Below are positions 39,201 through 51,200 of a stretch of DNA of 64,000 nt, piece after piece. Numbering within the stretch: position 1 is the first letter of the stretch; every line of letters starts with the position of its first letter. The notes under the pieces were generated by a model, which was given only the letters and a program-made list of their open reading frames with translations, was not told where the DNA came from and did no database searches. The stretch lies in NCBI GenBank assembly GCA_046563655.1, contig CM102285.1, positions 12,400,001 to 12,464,000 of the forward strand, written 5' to 3'. Made by a program: the position numbers and the translations under genes. The DNA comes from Yuukianura sp. NJ FZ-2021 (lineage: Eukaryota).

Positions 39201-42200
39201 AATTTATAAAAATTTCTGTTTTTTCGGCTTTGCTGAAATATGATAAAAGTTAGGAGCAGTTTTAGACAAAAATACGGTCGGTTTTGGTTGTTGATGTGAC
39301 AGGTTTTTCAGCACTTCTGGATAAACGCGTTTCATTAACGGGCGTTCGTTTCCTCCTTTTGTGGTGGAGAAGTGAAAAGGAACTTGGCAATTTTGGAAAT
39401 TTTTGTTTTTGTTTAGGAAATTTCAGACCTTATTCACGTAATATTTCCAGCATAGTGCTGCCAGTACTATACTATGTGTTTTGTATTTTTAGCAGGAAAG
39501 TACTACAGGGCGCCGTGTTCCAAGAATTTTAGTTACGTAGGATGCGGGAAGTAAGAAAATTGGAGAGAAAAACGTTGTTCCCGTCTTGCCTTAAATCTTA
39601 TTTGACATTTTTTCCTTGAATGAGTTATTTTCAGTAATTACTTAAAACTTAGGGGAAAAGATGCCAAGAAAGAATGAAGGAAGAAGAGTTGTTGTCTGTT
39701 AATTTCTTAAAGCAAAAAAGTGTTAATTTAAAGTTTCAGGTTTTTAGATGAACCTACCTGACTCGTTTTGTGTTTCGAACAGTCTGGGATTTGACTTTTT
39801 TACTGTTAAAATTGGGAACGGCTGAGCTGGAATCTTGTTTTCTTTCTGGGAATTGTAATTAGTTAAAACTTTTAATTTAAAACGAAAGTCTGTTCTTGGC
39901 AAGAGTTGCATTTGTGCCTTCCATTTCCACGTTCCAGAGAAATTTACAAATACATATTAGGAGAATTCAGGAGAAAATTTAACTAAGGCGGTCGATTTTG
40001 GACTTTGAATTGAAAGTTGGGTGTTTGAAAATGAAATGAGGAAGACCTTGTTTGGAAACGTTTTAAAACATAAGGAAATGGTGTGCTTAGTTTTGCTGTT
40101 GGTTGGAAATTGAGTTTCTATTGTCATAAAAGTGTTAATTTATGACTCAGTTGTTTCATTGTAATCGGTTTAATTACGAACTAGGAAACTGCTGCCGAAA
40201 CTTTAATGAATTTTGACATTTGTGATTGCAAATCAAATGAAGCGCGGTTTTTTTGGTTTAGCGGAAGAGTCGATTTGAATTCAAGTGGGAGTTGCATGCT
40301 GGCAATGCTTCCAAGTATTTTCAAAGTATTGAGCAAAAGCTGTTGTGGTGATGACCACTTACGGACACTTTGTGAATTTAAGTGGCAGGAACAGGCAGAA
40401 AAAGTTTGAGTTGTTGTGTGTTGGAGAGTAAAAATGGAAGTGAATTTGAAGCGATGGATGGATGATTGGCGGGTTCTAATTCAATATGAGGAAGAACCAA
40501 GCCCATTCCTTTGTAGTTTTGAAGCCTAGGGATGTTATTATTGTTTCCTTACGTGTTAGTAGGAAAGACTAGCTTTTCGTTACGTGAAGTGCAATTTAAG
40601 TTAATGGTTGGTTGAGGGCCTCCTAAGTCATAATTGCACTTTGAATTCTTAGTTAGTTTGGGTTTTGTTGTGTTGTTAGTCCTTGGGAAGGTGCATATCC
40701 TCATGTTAGACACGAATCACTCTTGTGTTCTTCCCTGTTATGCAAAGAGGCGTTCAGCACTTTCACTTTCGGCTGAATCATATTTGTAATGTGCTGGGAA
40801 GTATACTTGAGTATATTGGAAGTATGTAAGTGTGTAGGTAGGGGGCACGGAAAGGTGAATGAACTCGAACAGTTTGGTTGAGAAGTGGAACTTGTGCACA
40901 CATAACATAACAGAAGAGAGGCTATGGTTGGATAGAAAGAGAAAATATTACTGAGGAATTTAGCACGTACCCACTGGCAAAAAAGTTCTTTGTTTTTTTG
41001 CTTTTGCAGCTTTTTTGCACATGATTTTAATTACTTAAAAGGAAGCACAATTAGGAAGATTTGTGTTGGTTTCATCTGCATTACTTGTTTCCGCATTCCC
41101 TTTTGCGGAAAGTTATGAATTTTAAGAAGCCCGGGAACGACAGGGACATGTTGACATTGGAGTGGGCGACTCACGGATTTGTTGTCGTTGTTTTTAGAGT
41201 AGGAGGTGACAGGATTTTAGGGAAAAAGGAAGAAAATTGTTTTGGATTTTGGAAAAGTGAGTTTTTGAAACGAAAAAGACAGAAATTCTGTTTTTGGACA
41301 TGAAATACTTTTTGTTTTTGTTGTAAAGTGGTTTTTGGAATGAAGGATTTAAGAGCAAAGTGGGCTTGGTGTCAAAAATAAGTCCATTTTTAGAATTGGT
41401 TTTTTGGGAACTCTGGTCGTTAGCATTTAACGTCTAACATTTAAGAGTTAGAATCGTTTTTTCTTTACGAGAAAGCGAAAGTGTTAGAAAATGATAGTAT
41501 CGATCCTCCAATTCTTTGTGGGAAGACTTTGTCCTTAGCAATCTGAAATTTGGATCTTCTGAATTGGTTATTTTTTCGAAATTTTGAGATCGTGTTTCTA
41601 ATAAATCCATTATTGGATTCTCTACTTTTGGTTGAAAAAGAGAAAATGGAATATTTTGGAGGATGATGGTGATGGGAGAGTTTGTTTGAAAAATTGAGAA
41701 GTTGAGTCGATGGATCCTCTTTTGTGTTTTTTTTAAATGTGGTCGTTCGTTGTAATATTGTTGTGTGCCTTTTGCTCATTTTTGCTTTTTTTCGTTTTTG
41801 GAATTCTATTTCACTTGAGCTCTTTTGATGCATTTAGACAGCTTTATTCCCCTTTTTCCCTGACTTCAATTTAATTTTGTTGATTGAATTGGAACTGAAA
41901 CTGACTTGGGCAAGGTATTACTTTTACTAAGCAAAAACCTTTCTCCCGGGCTTTTCTCTTTTTCTCTGGTGAAAGTTGGAAGTTTTTATTTGGAGGTTAT
42001 TTTTTTTATTAAAAATTAAATGTATTTTTTTTAGTTTTTAGTTTAGAAAAATCGAACATGGAGAGCCACAAGTTAGCCCAACGACTCAGCCCCAAATCGC
42101 GGATTGCGTGTTTGTTTGCTCAACCAATATCAACGCAGGCTGCGGTCGCAAAGTCGCAACAAACCTGACGCAGGCTGCTTTTCATGAGTTTGAGCTGCAA

Positions 42201-45200
42201 CTCGCGAATTATAGCTGAAACTCATGATTTGTAACGCAACTCGCGATTTGGGGCTGCGTTTTTCGGGCTAACTTGACATGGTCAAAAACATGGAGTGACT
42301 TGTAAGATTTGTTTATGTTTACTGTTTAGCCGGAGTCTGAATTCGTCGTCGAGTCATCATCAGCACAGCCATCATTCGTCGAAGGGGTTAAGGGTGCCGA
42401 GTAGTTTGGAGTGTTCCTCAAGCATTAAAATACGTAACTTGCCTTCACGTTCCTCCGACACTTCTCTCAAGGATGGTCTGTACCATGAGTACAAAAAGCA
42501 TGGGAAGTTGTCCTGGGTACGAATCCTTGGGAATGGAGCCGACCGACACGCTGTAGTTTGTTTCAAATCGGCTGAACATGCTAGTCGTGCAGTGTCCCTG
42601 TCACAGGACAAATTGTTCTTTGGATGTAAGATCCAGGTTACACCCTACCAGGGTCATGGCCGAAGTAGCGGTGGAGAGGAAGCTCTCGGAGGAACGGAAG
42701 ATGACAACAGGTTCGTTCTATTGGTCCATTTCTATTCTTGGTGTGTCGTGTCAGTGTCACATTTTACTAAGGAATGTGCTGGAAATACTTGTGTGTATAC
42801 TGGAACGAAATACTTGCGCCTACTGCTTATTACGAGCTTTCTAGTGGACTACTAGAAAGTATTCTTTGCATTTTATGCTTTGACGTTCTGCGTCTTTCTA
42901 CTTTTTTTCGGGGTTGGCATTGGATATTTTTTTGACATTGAACAACTTTTTTGTCTAGACTTTTTAATCTTCAATAGCTTTTCGAGTTTTTTGTTTTGAA
43001 GGTGCGCCCTGACCATGAGTTGGGATTTTTACGCCTTATGAATTCAGCAGTGCCAGACGACGCTGAAATTACTTATGATTAGTTGTAACTAAGGTTTTAA
43101 AGGCGTGTTGAGAGTGAAACATACAAAAGTTGCTAAAAGACAAGGACTCTTGCTGATGTTGTCATTTGGTAAATGAAAGTTATGTCACAGAGATGAAATG
43201 ACTCCGTGTCTGATATGATGAACGGACTGCACAAAAGATTGTTACGTGCCGTGTGTGCTAAGAATGATTTTGATGTGATTATGGGTTATACATAATGCTT
43301 TTGTGTAATAACTTTAGTTTTTGATCTTTCTACAGTTTCTTTGTTTCTTTTGTGTAGGCCATTTGGTGACGATGAGTTTGCGACGACGACCCCCTCTAGA
43401 ACTGTCTATGTCACTGGGCTCGACCCGTCCATCATGGCGGCGGACTTGCGGAAAACATTTGAACAATACGGCGACATTGTGGTAAGGAATTGTTTTTTGG
43501 ATTTTGAGTGCGGGAAGAACCGAAATTGGGAAGTGACAAGTGACAGACAGGTTGGATCCTCTTGGAAAGTGACAATGACACTGTCACTTTCCGCCGTCGC
43601 TGCCCGTTTGGGGAGCAGAGAGCTTGTGTGTCTACTTTTTAAATTAGTGGAAATGAAAGTGAAAGTCTTGGAGAACATGGGATTGATTGACATTTAATTT
43701 CTTTTCCTTTTTTTCTATCTTTATTTCAGGATGCTAAAGTGAGAAAACCGCTGAATGATATGGCGACATGTAGTGGAATCATTGAATTTGTGGACATTGC
43801 CAGTGCAAATAGAGCGCAGTGGGTTCGACATGCTTTCAAAGCCAGGGAAACTCGGATTTCGTTCTATCGAAATCCAGTGTCCAGCTCGATACTGCTGGAT
43901 GGAATCACTGGTGTGACGGAGAAGCAAATTACCGGTCATTGTTGTCAATTTGGTGCTATCAGTCGAATAGTCATAGACTCCGAGAGGATCCTTGCTTTGG
44001 TACAATTTGAAGAGGTGAGTTTTACTTTACTGAATAACAAAAGTTGAAATTGTTTTATTTTTCAAATCGGTGATGTCAATAAGCCTATAAGTTATTGATA
44101 AGAGTTACGAAGTGACTTTTTGGAATGAGACGGAGACCAGCACCGCCGCGGTTGGTGAAACCGCGGCAGTACATTTTTGCTTTTTTGGATTTGGTAATTG
44201 TTTTGCAGTTGGGTAATTTTATTGTGTGAATGAACTGCAGTGGGAAAGAGTGATAATTTCTTAATGAATGTGAACCATTTTAATTACAGATCTCATCAGC
44301 TCAAACGGCCTTTAGGGAACTTAAGAACTGGATCCAGAAGGGTAGACAGTTGCATGTAGATTTCGCTTCGGCGGCCTGTGTCCGACTCTTCCTCAACCGT
44401 GCATTGGCCAACAGTGGAAACAATTTGCTCTCACCTGATCTCCGCAGTGATTCTGCCACACCACCGTTCCTCTCTGGTTCACCGACCAAGAACAGACGTT
44501 CTGGTGGTAGGAAATTCAGCGATTTACAAAGTGATCGCAGGCATTCCTACAGGTAAAGCTAAAATTTGAAGTCAATAAGTTGTACTTGTTAGATGGAATC
44601 TAAATGTATTCAATGCAAATTGCAGAAACAATGAGCCTAGTTTGGGTGATGGAAAGACAGAATCAGAACTATCGCCACAACTCTGCAGTCGAAATGTCGT
44701 GGACCATCTCAGTGAGCCTCATCATCTCGAAAACTGCAATGGGCGAAGAAATTCACGGTACAATGGAATGGTAGAAGAAGTTGACCTTGGAGAGGTGCAA
44801 GATGAGAGTCGAGTTAATGGTCTCCCCACCAGTGTTGCGGAACAGCGAAGTTCTTCAAAAGTGAAACATATTACATCTTCAACCAAAATTGATCTCAGTT
44901 GTCACGAGACGGATTCGGCTGTAGTGACCTCTTCTTCAGACATAATCTGTGTGGAGAGTGAACCTACTGAGATTGAGAGCATTCCGTATGAAAATCACCT
45001 ACACAAACATATTGGAGGAACTGCTGCTCTCATCACGGTCAACGGAGATGCGCATGGGGCTACTAGCTACGAGTCAGGTAATAAAAAATAAACATTTTGA
45101 CCATGATCTTGAAATGTATTTGGCTCAAAGCGAGATTATTTTGATGATGAAACAACAACTCGTGACTCGTGATTCACTATGCTTTTTTGTGTGGTTTTTG

Positions 45201-48200
45201 ATTGACATATTTTTCTTTTGTTTTGTAAAGTGGGAGTTCTGAAGAGTCGAGCCTCATATCGTTGGAGTACTAAGTCACAAAGTGTATTTGACGGAGTGTC
45301 AAGTACATCACCACCTGAACCGAAAACTGAAACCGTCCAAAAGCTGTCGCCTGATTCAGGAATTGGCAATGGATCCTTAGTTACAGTAGAACAGTTCCCT
45401 CCAAATACGCAAATTGAATCACAAGTCTCACCCGGTAAGAAAATCTAACCATTTTCAAAATCTCTGAGTTAGTGTTGACGTTTGAACAGCATTTTTGATA
45501 ATTTTTGAAATTTTGGTTTACAGTACTAGAGGATCCTCGTAGGAAACCGTTCGAGAGCAAAATCCGTCGCTCCTCTGCTGACTCAGGGAACATTCACTGC
45601 TCAGCCTTTGTAGCCGTGAACTCTTCGGGTGGTAATTCTATTTACCCAAGTGAAACAATTATTCCTGACAAGTCAGGACAAGATTCAGATGATCGGCCTT
45701 CTACTCCTCTTTGTGATGAAAACCATGAAGCTTTTTCGGATGAACCAACAAAGTCAAGACTCATGGCTGTTACAGGGAAACCTGTTCTTCCGTTACCCAA
45801 AAGCCGTGATCAACCGCCACTCAGTCTCCCACTGCCGGAATTTGCTCAGAATCGGAGTAGCCCCTCAGATGCTCCTCAACGAAATTGCAAATCCCGCGTC
45901 TCTTCCCCAACCACGTCACCTTTGGCACCCGAAGTGGAAAGAAGCCCGGTTTCTTCACCTATCCCAGAGTCCCTGTCTCCAGAAACACCAGGGGTTGAAG
46001 CCTCTCCAGTTCCTCCAACACCCCCACAATCTGTGATGCCCTCTTCAGCAGCTTCAACTGAGGAGAACTCAACCTCTGCTCTTGCTCCTGTTGAGAAATC
46101 TTTGTCTTCATTTTCTTCTCCACCTCCTGCCAAGAGTACAAATATTGATAATACGAATGGAACGACCGGATCTGGAGCTGGTCTTCGTTCTGTTGTTCTG
46201 GGTGAGACGCTACCAGAGAACAAAGTTTCCAATAACAATCGTTCTCCACCACCAGGGATTCGGAAAAAGATGAATTCGGAGAGTCAAAAGTCGAGCGGAC
46301 GTCCGTCGAAACCTGAAGACGATACTGATAAATTGAGTTTGGACGATGAGGATGCCCTTTCCCCACCATCGTCAGACTGTGATGCAAGTCCTCGTCGTGG
46401 AGAAGAAGACTTGACACAGCGTCTGCAAGAGCTGTATCAGAGATTTGACGCTTGGGATAGTGGAAGTCGGTCAGTGGCACGGTCGCTGAGTTATGCATCT
46501 TCAAATAACACGGAAGATGGAACGGAGAGTAGCCGACTGAGTTTACATCTCGACAAACCGTGGTTGACTCGTTCAAAAGCCATTGACTTGGACGAGCTCA
46601 GACAACAACCATCTGACATCACAAAGTCGTTGATAGGGAAGCGATCTGTCTTTGACGACGACAGTCAACGGCTCGAAAGTTTGAATGATACGAATCTCAA
46701 TTCCACTAGTCTACCAGATTGGAGAGCCAGTTTCCAATCGCGCTCAAATTCAACAACTTCTATTTCGTCGAGTACATCAGTTCCACTAACGCCTAGTTCT
46801 GCGTCAAGTACTGGTAGCTCCAATGTTTTCCCACTAGCGCCGACTACAACAGTGGCACAGAGGCATCACTCATTGTCTTCGTCACAAGCGATAGAGATTT
46901 CTGGGCCATCAGCGAAATCTAACTCATCGCTTCCTCCTAAACCACCATCTACTAGCTCCGCCTCATTTCTTCCAACTGCTGGTCCACTACCCAACTCAAT
47001 TATCAAGCGAAAGGAAGGAACTCCTATGGCTGGAACTGGAGTGTCGCAATGGGCTCCAAAAGATCCACGCTTAGCACACAAAAGTAACAGTTTCCCCAGT
47101 TCTAAGATCCCAATTGCGGTTTCTACTGCCTCTCCTCAGACTCCTTCTCAAGCAGTTCCACCTCCAGTGTTCCGCTCAACATCTTTGAATGCCAATCTCC
47201 ATGCAGGGAGAGCTGAGATTCTGCCAAAGCCAGAACTGGCTCCTCCAAAGGCTAAACAACCCGGTGAACATCCAAGTGATGAAGCTCAGAAACCTCTCCT
47301 GCTAACGGAAAAATCAGCCCCACCCCCACCGCCCGGCGTTCATCAAGGAATTCCTCGAATGGTTGAGCGTTCGTTGAGTCTGGACAGCAGGAAGCCTCTT
47401 GCATCGCCTCCAACTCATCCTGCTACTAATCCGTGTAACTCAATTCCAGCGACTACTAACAGCAACAATTCTTCCGGTTTCAATCGCAAGATTAGTTTAG
47501 AATCATACACTTCCAAGGAAGGAGTTGCTTCGGCTGCTGCTTCAACATCACAGAGAAAAGAATTAGAGCCACCTCAGAAACCGAAGAATCGCGGGAATGA
47601 AGTTAAAGAGTCAAGTGTCAAAGAAGTTCCTCCAAAACCAGCCCAGCCATTGACAATCAACAGTAGTTCAGCATGTACAAATGAGTCAAAATCCATAGCA
47701 AAGTTTGACGTAAGCAAGGACGAGAGTAGGGTAACCATTCCGCACCAGCACTCTACCGTGGGAGTAGTCTCTGTACAACAGCAACCGACTCAACCAAGTT
47801 CCCATTTGCCTTCGTCTCAATCGCTGCCCATCAAAGCGGGCAGTAGCAGCAGTGGGAAGGGGAAGGAATCTAATAAAAAAGAGAAGGATCCAATTAAGAA
47901 GAGTTTGAAATCCGGTAGTAGCCTTGGCTTATCAAAATCTACGAACAACTTCAAGGAAGACTCTTCAGGCTCAAATAAATCCGGGAAAGTCAAGGAGAAA
48001 AAAGAGAAGAATGGAGAGAATCCCAGTTCTGGCGGTAGTGCAGGAGAGAAATTGAAACACGAACATGAAAACAGTCGTCACCATCATCACAAGGAGAAAA
48101 AGAAGGAAAAAGAGAAAGAGAAGGAGATTGCAGTCAAGGAGAAGAACACGTCTAATGAAATTCCCTACGCTGCCACTGCCTCTGCCTCCGGTGAACAGAA

Positions 48201-51200
48201 AAAGGAAAAGGACTTGAAGGTAAAGCGACGACTCAGCATTAGCGACATTGAACCAGGTGAGTTGTCTCTTTTTTATTCAAAAAACAGCAGTTCCGAAGCT
48301 TTCGTTTTTGAAAAATGTAGTAAGAAACTTTTCTTTTCTGAATTTTAGATTACAAGAAACAGAAACTTGAGAAGGAGAAGGACGAAGACAATGACAAGGA
48401 GAGAGAACAGACTTCATTTCCTCAGCTTGAAAATTCTCATCACAGTCGTACCAAAAGTGTAAGCTCCAGTTCTGGTTCTGTGGAACGTCGAGAGTCACGA
48501 GAATCTAGTTCGAGTACGACAAAGGAGAAGAAGGAAATTCAGAAGGAAAAGTCTCATTCGTCTACGAAATCATCAGACAAAGGAGAGACAACTTCGAGTC
48601 CTCTTCCGCCTCCTTCAAAAGACAAAAATGGGAAAAGCTATAGTAAGGACAACAAGGAAAGCAGTCATCACAGATCCAAATCAACTTCTTCCAGTAGTTC
48701 CCGGAATCATTACCACGGAAAGTCTGAGAAAACAGGCTCTACGTCGTCACTTCATTCTCACAGTAGCAAGGACAAGGAGAAACAGAAATTGAAAGAAAAA
48801 CAACAAAAGGCAGAGAAAGTGAGTTCACCAGGCGGAAAGGAGAGGGAAAACAGTAAACCAGGAACCAACTCCTCGTCTTCGTCTCAAAACAAACACTCAT
48901 CCAGTCATAATCACAGTAGTACCAGTTCTTCTGTCCATCACCGGAAGAATGAAAGAGACGAAAAGCTGTCGTCTTCGTCTCTGAAGAGTAAAAGCAAAGA
49001 AAAAGGAAGAGTCTCGAATCACTTTAACTCTGACGAAGAAGACAATGTGGACGGAGGACAGAAATATAAGAATGACAAGCCGAAGACTTCCATTTCCTCT
49101 CTCAAAAGTGAAAAGCGGGATTCGGGTAGTAGTAGTGGAAAACCGAAGAGGGATCGACAGAAGTCTGGAGGTGACAGTTCCTCTGCTCCCGGGGATTCTC
49201 TCAAAGGAGAAAGCAGTAGTTCCCGACTTAAGACCAAAGAGCAGAAAAAACGAAGATCTCGAGTTGTAGAAGATTCAGACAGTTCCACTGGTCAGGGCAA
49301 TAAGAATTTACGCATTGAATACTTTTACGATAGGATCAAAATTGCTAATCTCTGGAAACTCATTTCATTTGTAGATGATGAGGAACGAAAACATCATTCG
49401 ATCTTTGATGTCGTGGTGGACGAATACGTTTCAATGTATGATAAGGTCAAGGCCAGATCCAACCGGGCATGCAAAAATGTGGGACCCCGCAAACAGGAGG
49501 AAGAGCAACAGAAGCGGCAAGAGAAAATACAAGACCAACTACAACTTCTTAAGAAGTCGAGGTATTTGTAGTTTAGAATAAACAGTAGTTTGCTCTCATG
49601 TTTGGCTTTGAAATGTAATTTATAATCTTCATTTCAGGGCTAAGAAGGATGAGAAGAAGCGTTTCTCGGTGGATTCAAGGCGGTCGTACCAAAATTCCAG
49701 TGAAGATGAAGATAGTCGGTCCAGACATGAAAGAGAATCGTCTCATGACTTTGAAACTGACCGCAGGCGTAATACTAGCCCAGTTACTCCTCGTGGATCG
49801 CTAAGCATCATAACTGGTCTGTGTACATCAAGCGATGAGGAAAGAAAACATGAAGTCAAGCACAGCAGCAAGCCGAGCAAACCGAAAAGTAAATCTTCTC
49901 GCGATGGAAGCATCAAAAGCGAAAAGAGCAGCAGTATGAAATCGTCTAGAAAGTCCAGCAAGGCTTCACCGTTGAGAAGCTCAGCATTCTATCTCACCCA
50001 TTCTGATGAAGATAGTGGACCGTCTATGAAGAAGCGAAAAATGAGTATGAAGCACAAACCCTCTGTGGCAGTAATCAGTAGTGTGGACACGAATAAATCC
50101 TCTGATGACGAGTCCTTGTCTGAACCTACTACGTCAAAGCGACCTTCTTTGAAGAAATCGTCTTTTTCAAGAATTGAACGAAAGTCTCTAGTGGACATCT
50201 ATACGGAATCCGACAACAGTATCCAGAGTGCCAAAGAGTTACCAAAGCCGTCTCATTCATACAAAAGCAAGAAGGATAAATCAAGCAAACAAAAGTCAAT
50301 GCGCCATCTTTTTGAGACTTCGGATTCCTCAGGCGATGAGAAAAGTATGCCCACAAAGAGAGACAAAGACGTTGAGGGAAAGACGAAATCGACTGCCAGC
50401 TTTTCCAAAGACAGCAAGACGGACAAAAAGAAAGTTTCTCACCATGGGCATGGGAGTTCGAGCGGAAGTAAGAGCAGTAAGAAGAAGAGAGAAAGGCTGA
50501 GTAGTGAAGATAGTAAAAATGTCACTTCTTCCGGGGATGGAGCTTTGGCAAAGAAAAATCAACCAACAATGGAAGATTTATTATTTGGTCCAATGAGTAA
50601 TTCAGGTTCAGACTCTGAAGAGCCGCCTAAACCTATCGTAGAAGAACGGATCGAAACGCCCGCGGTCTCCAAGGGAAAGCAAACATCACTCCAGGACACA
50701 CCGCTCTCCATTTCCTCCTTCAAAAAGTCAAAGTCTGCCAGAAGCAGGAGCAAACAAAGACGGAGCTCTTCTCTCAAGAGTGGGAAGTCTGTTGATGACT
50801 CATCAGCGGCCCTTGCTAATTCAACTAACGAGAGCTCTTCTAAGCATGGTCAATCGAGTTCGGAAAAACGAAAGAAGAAACACAAGAAAGACAAGTCGAA
50901 GAGAGCTGAGAATGCGGTTCATAGGAATGAACATCCATTGGATATTGATTCTCTGTTCAATACTCCAGTGTCATCACCAATGGTTGTAGCCGAACATAAA
51001 CAGAAACCAAGTCCTGATGAAGATGATTCCAGCAAAATTACTTTGTTCGCTGCTCCTCCAGTTGAAGTCACAAACTTAATCAACGTTCAGGTTCAACCAA
51101 TTCGAACCAGCACTCCACCGAATGTTGGAGAGGAAGAGCGTCTTGGAAGATCCATGTTCTCTTCTGATGAAGACGACGATGATAAGCTGAAGATTGACAT

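Noticed and set aside
44142..44190. GC-rich 9-bp hairpin followed by T-rich sequence, resembling an intrinsic terminator or Helitron end
   Set aside because: It lies in a eukaryotic intron, has no CTRR terminus or other Helitron features, and is too short to interpret.
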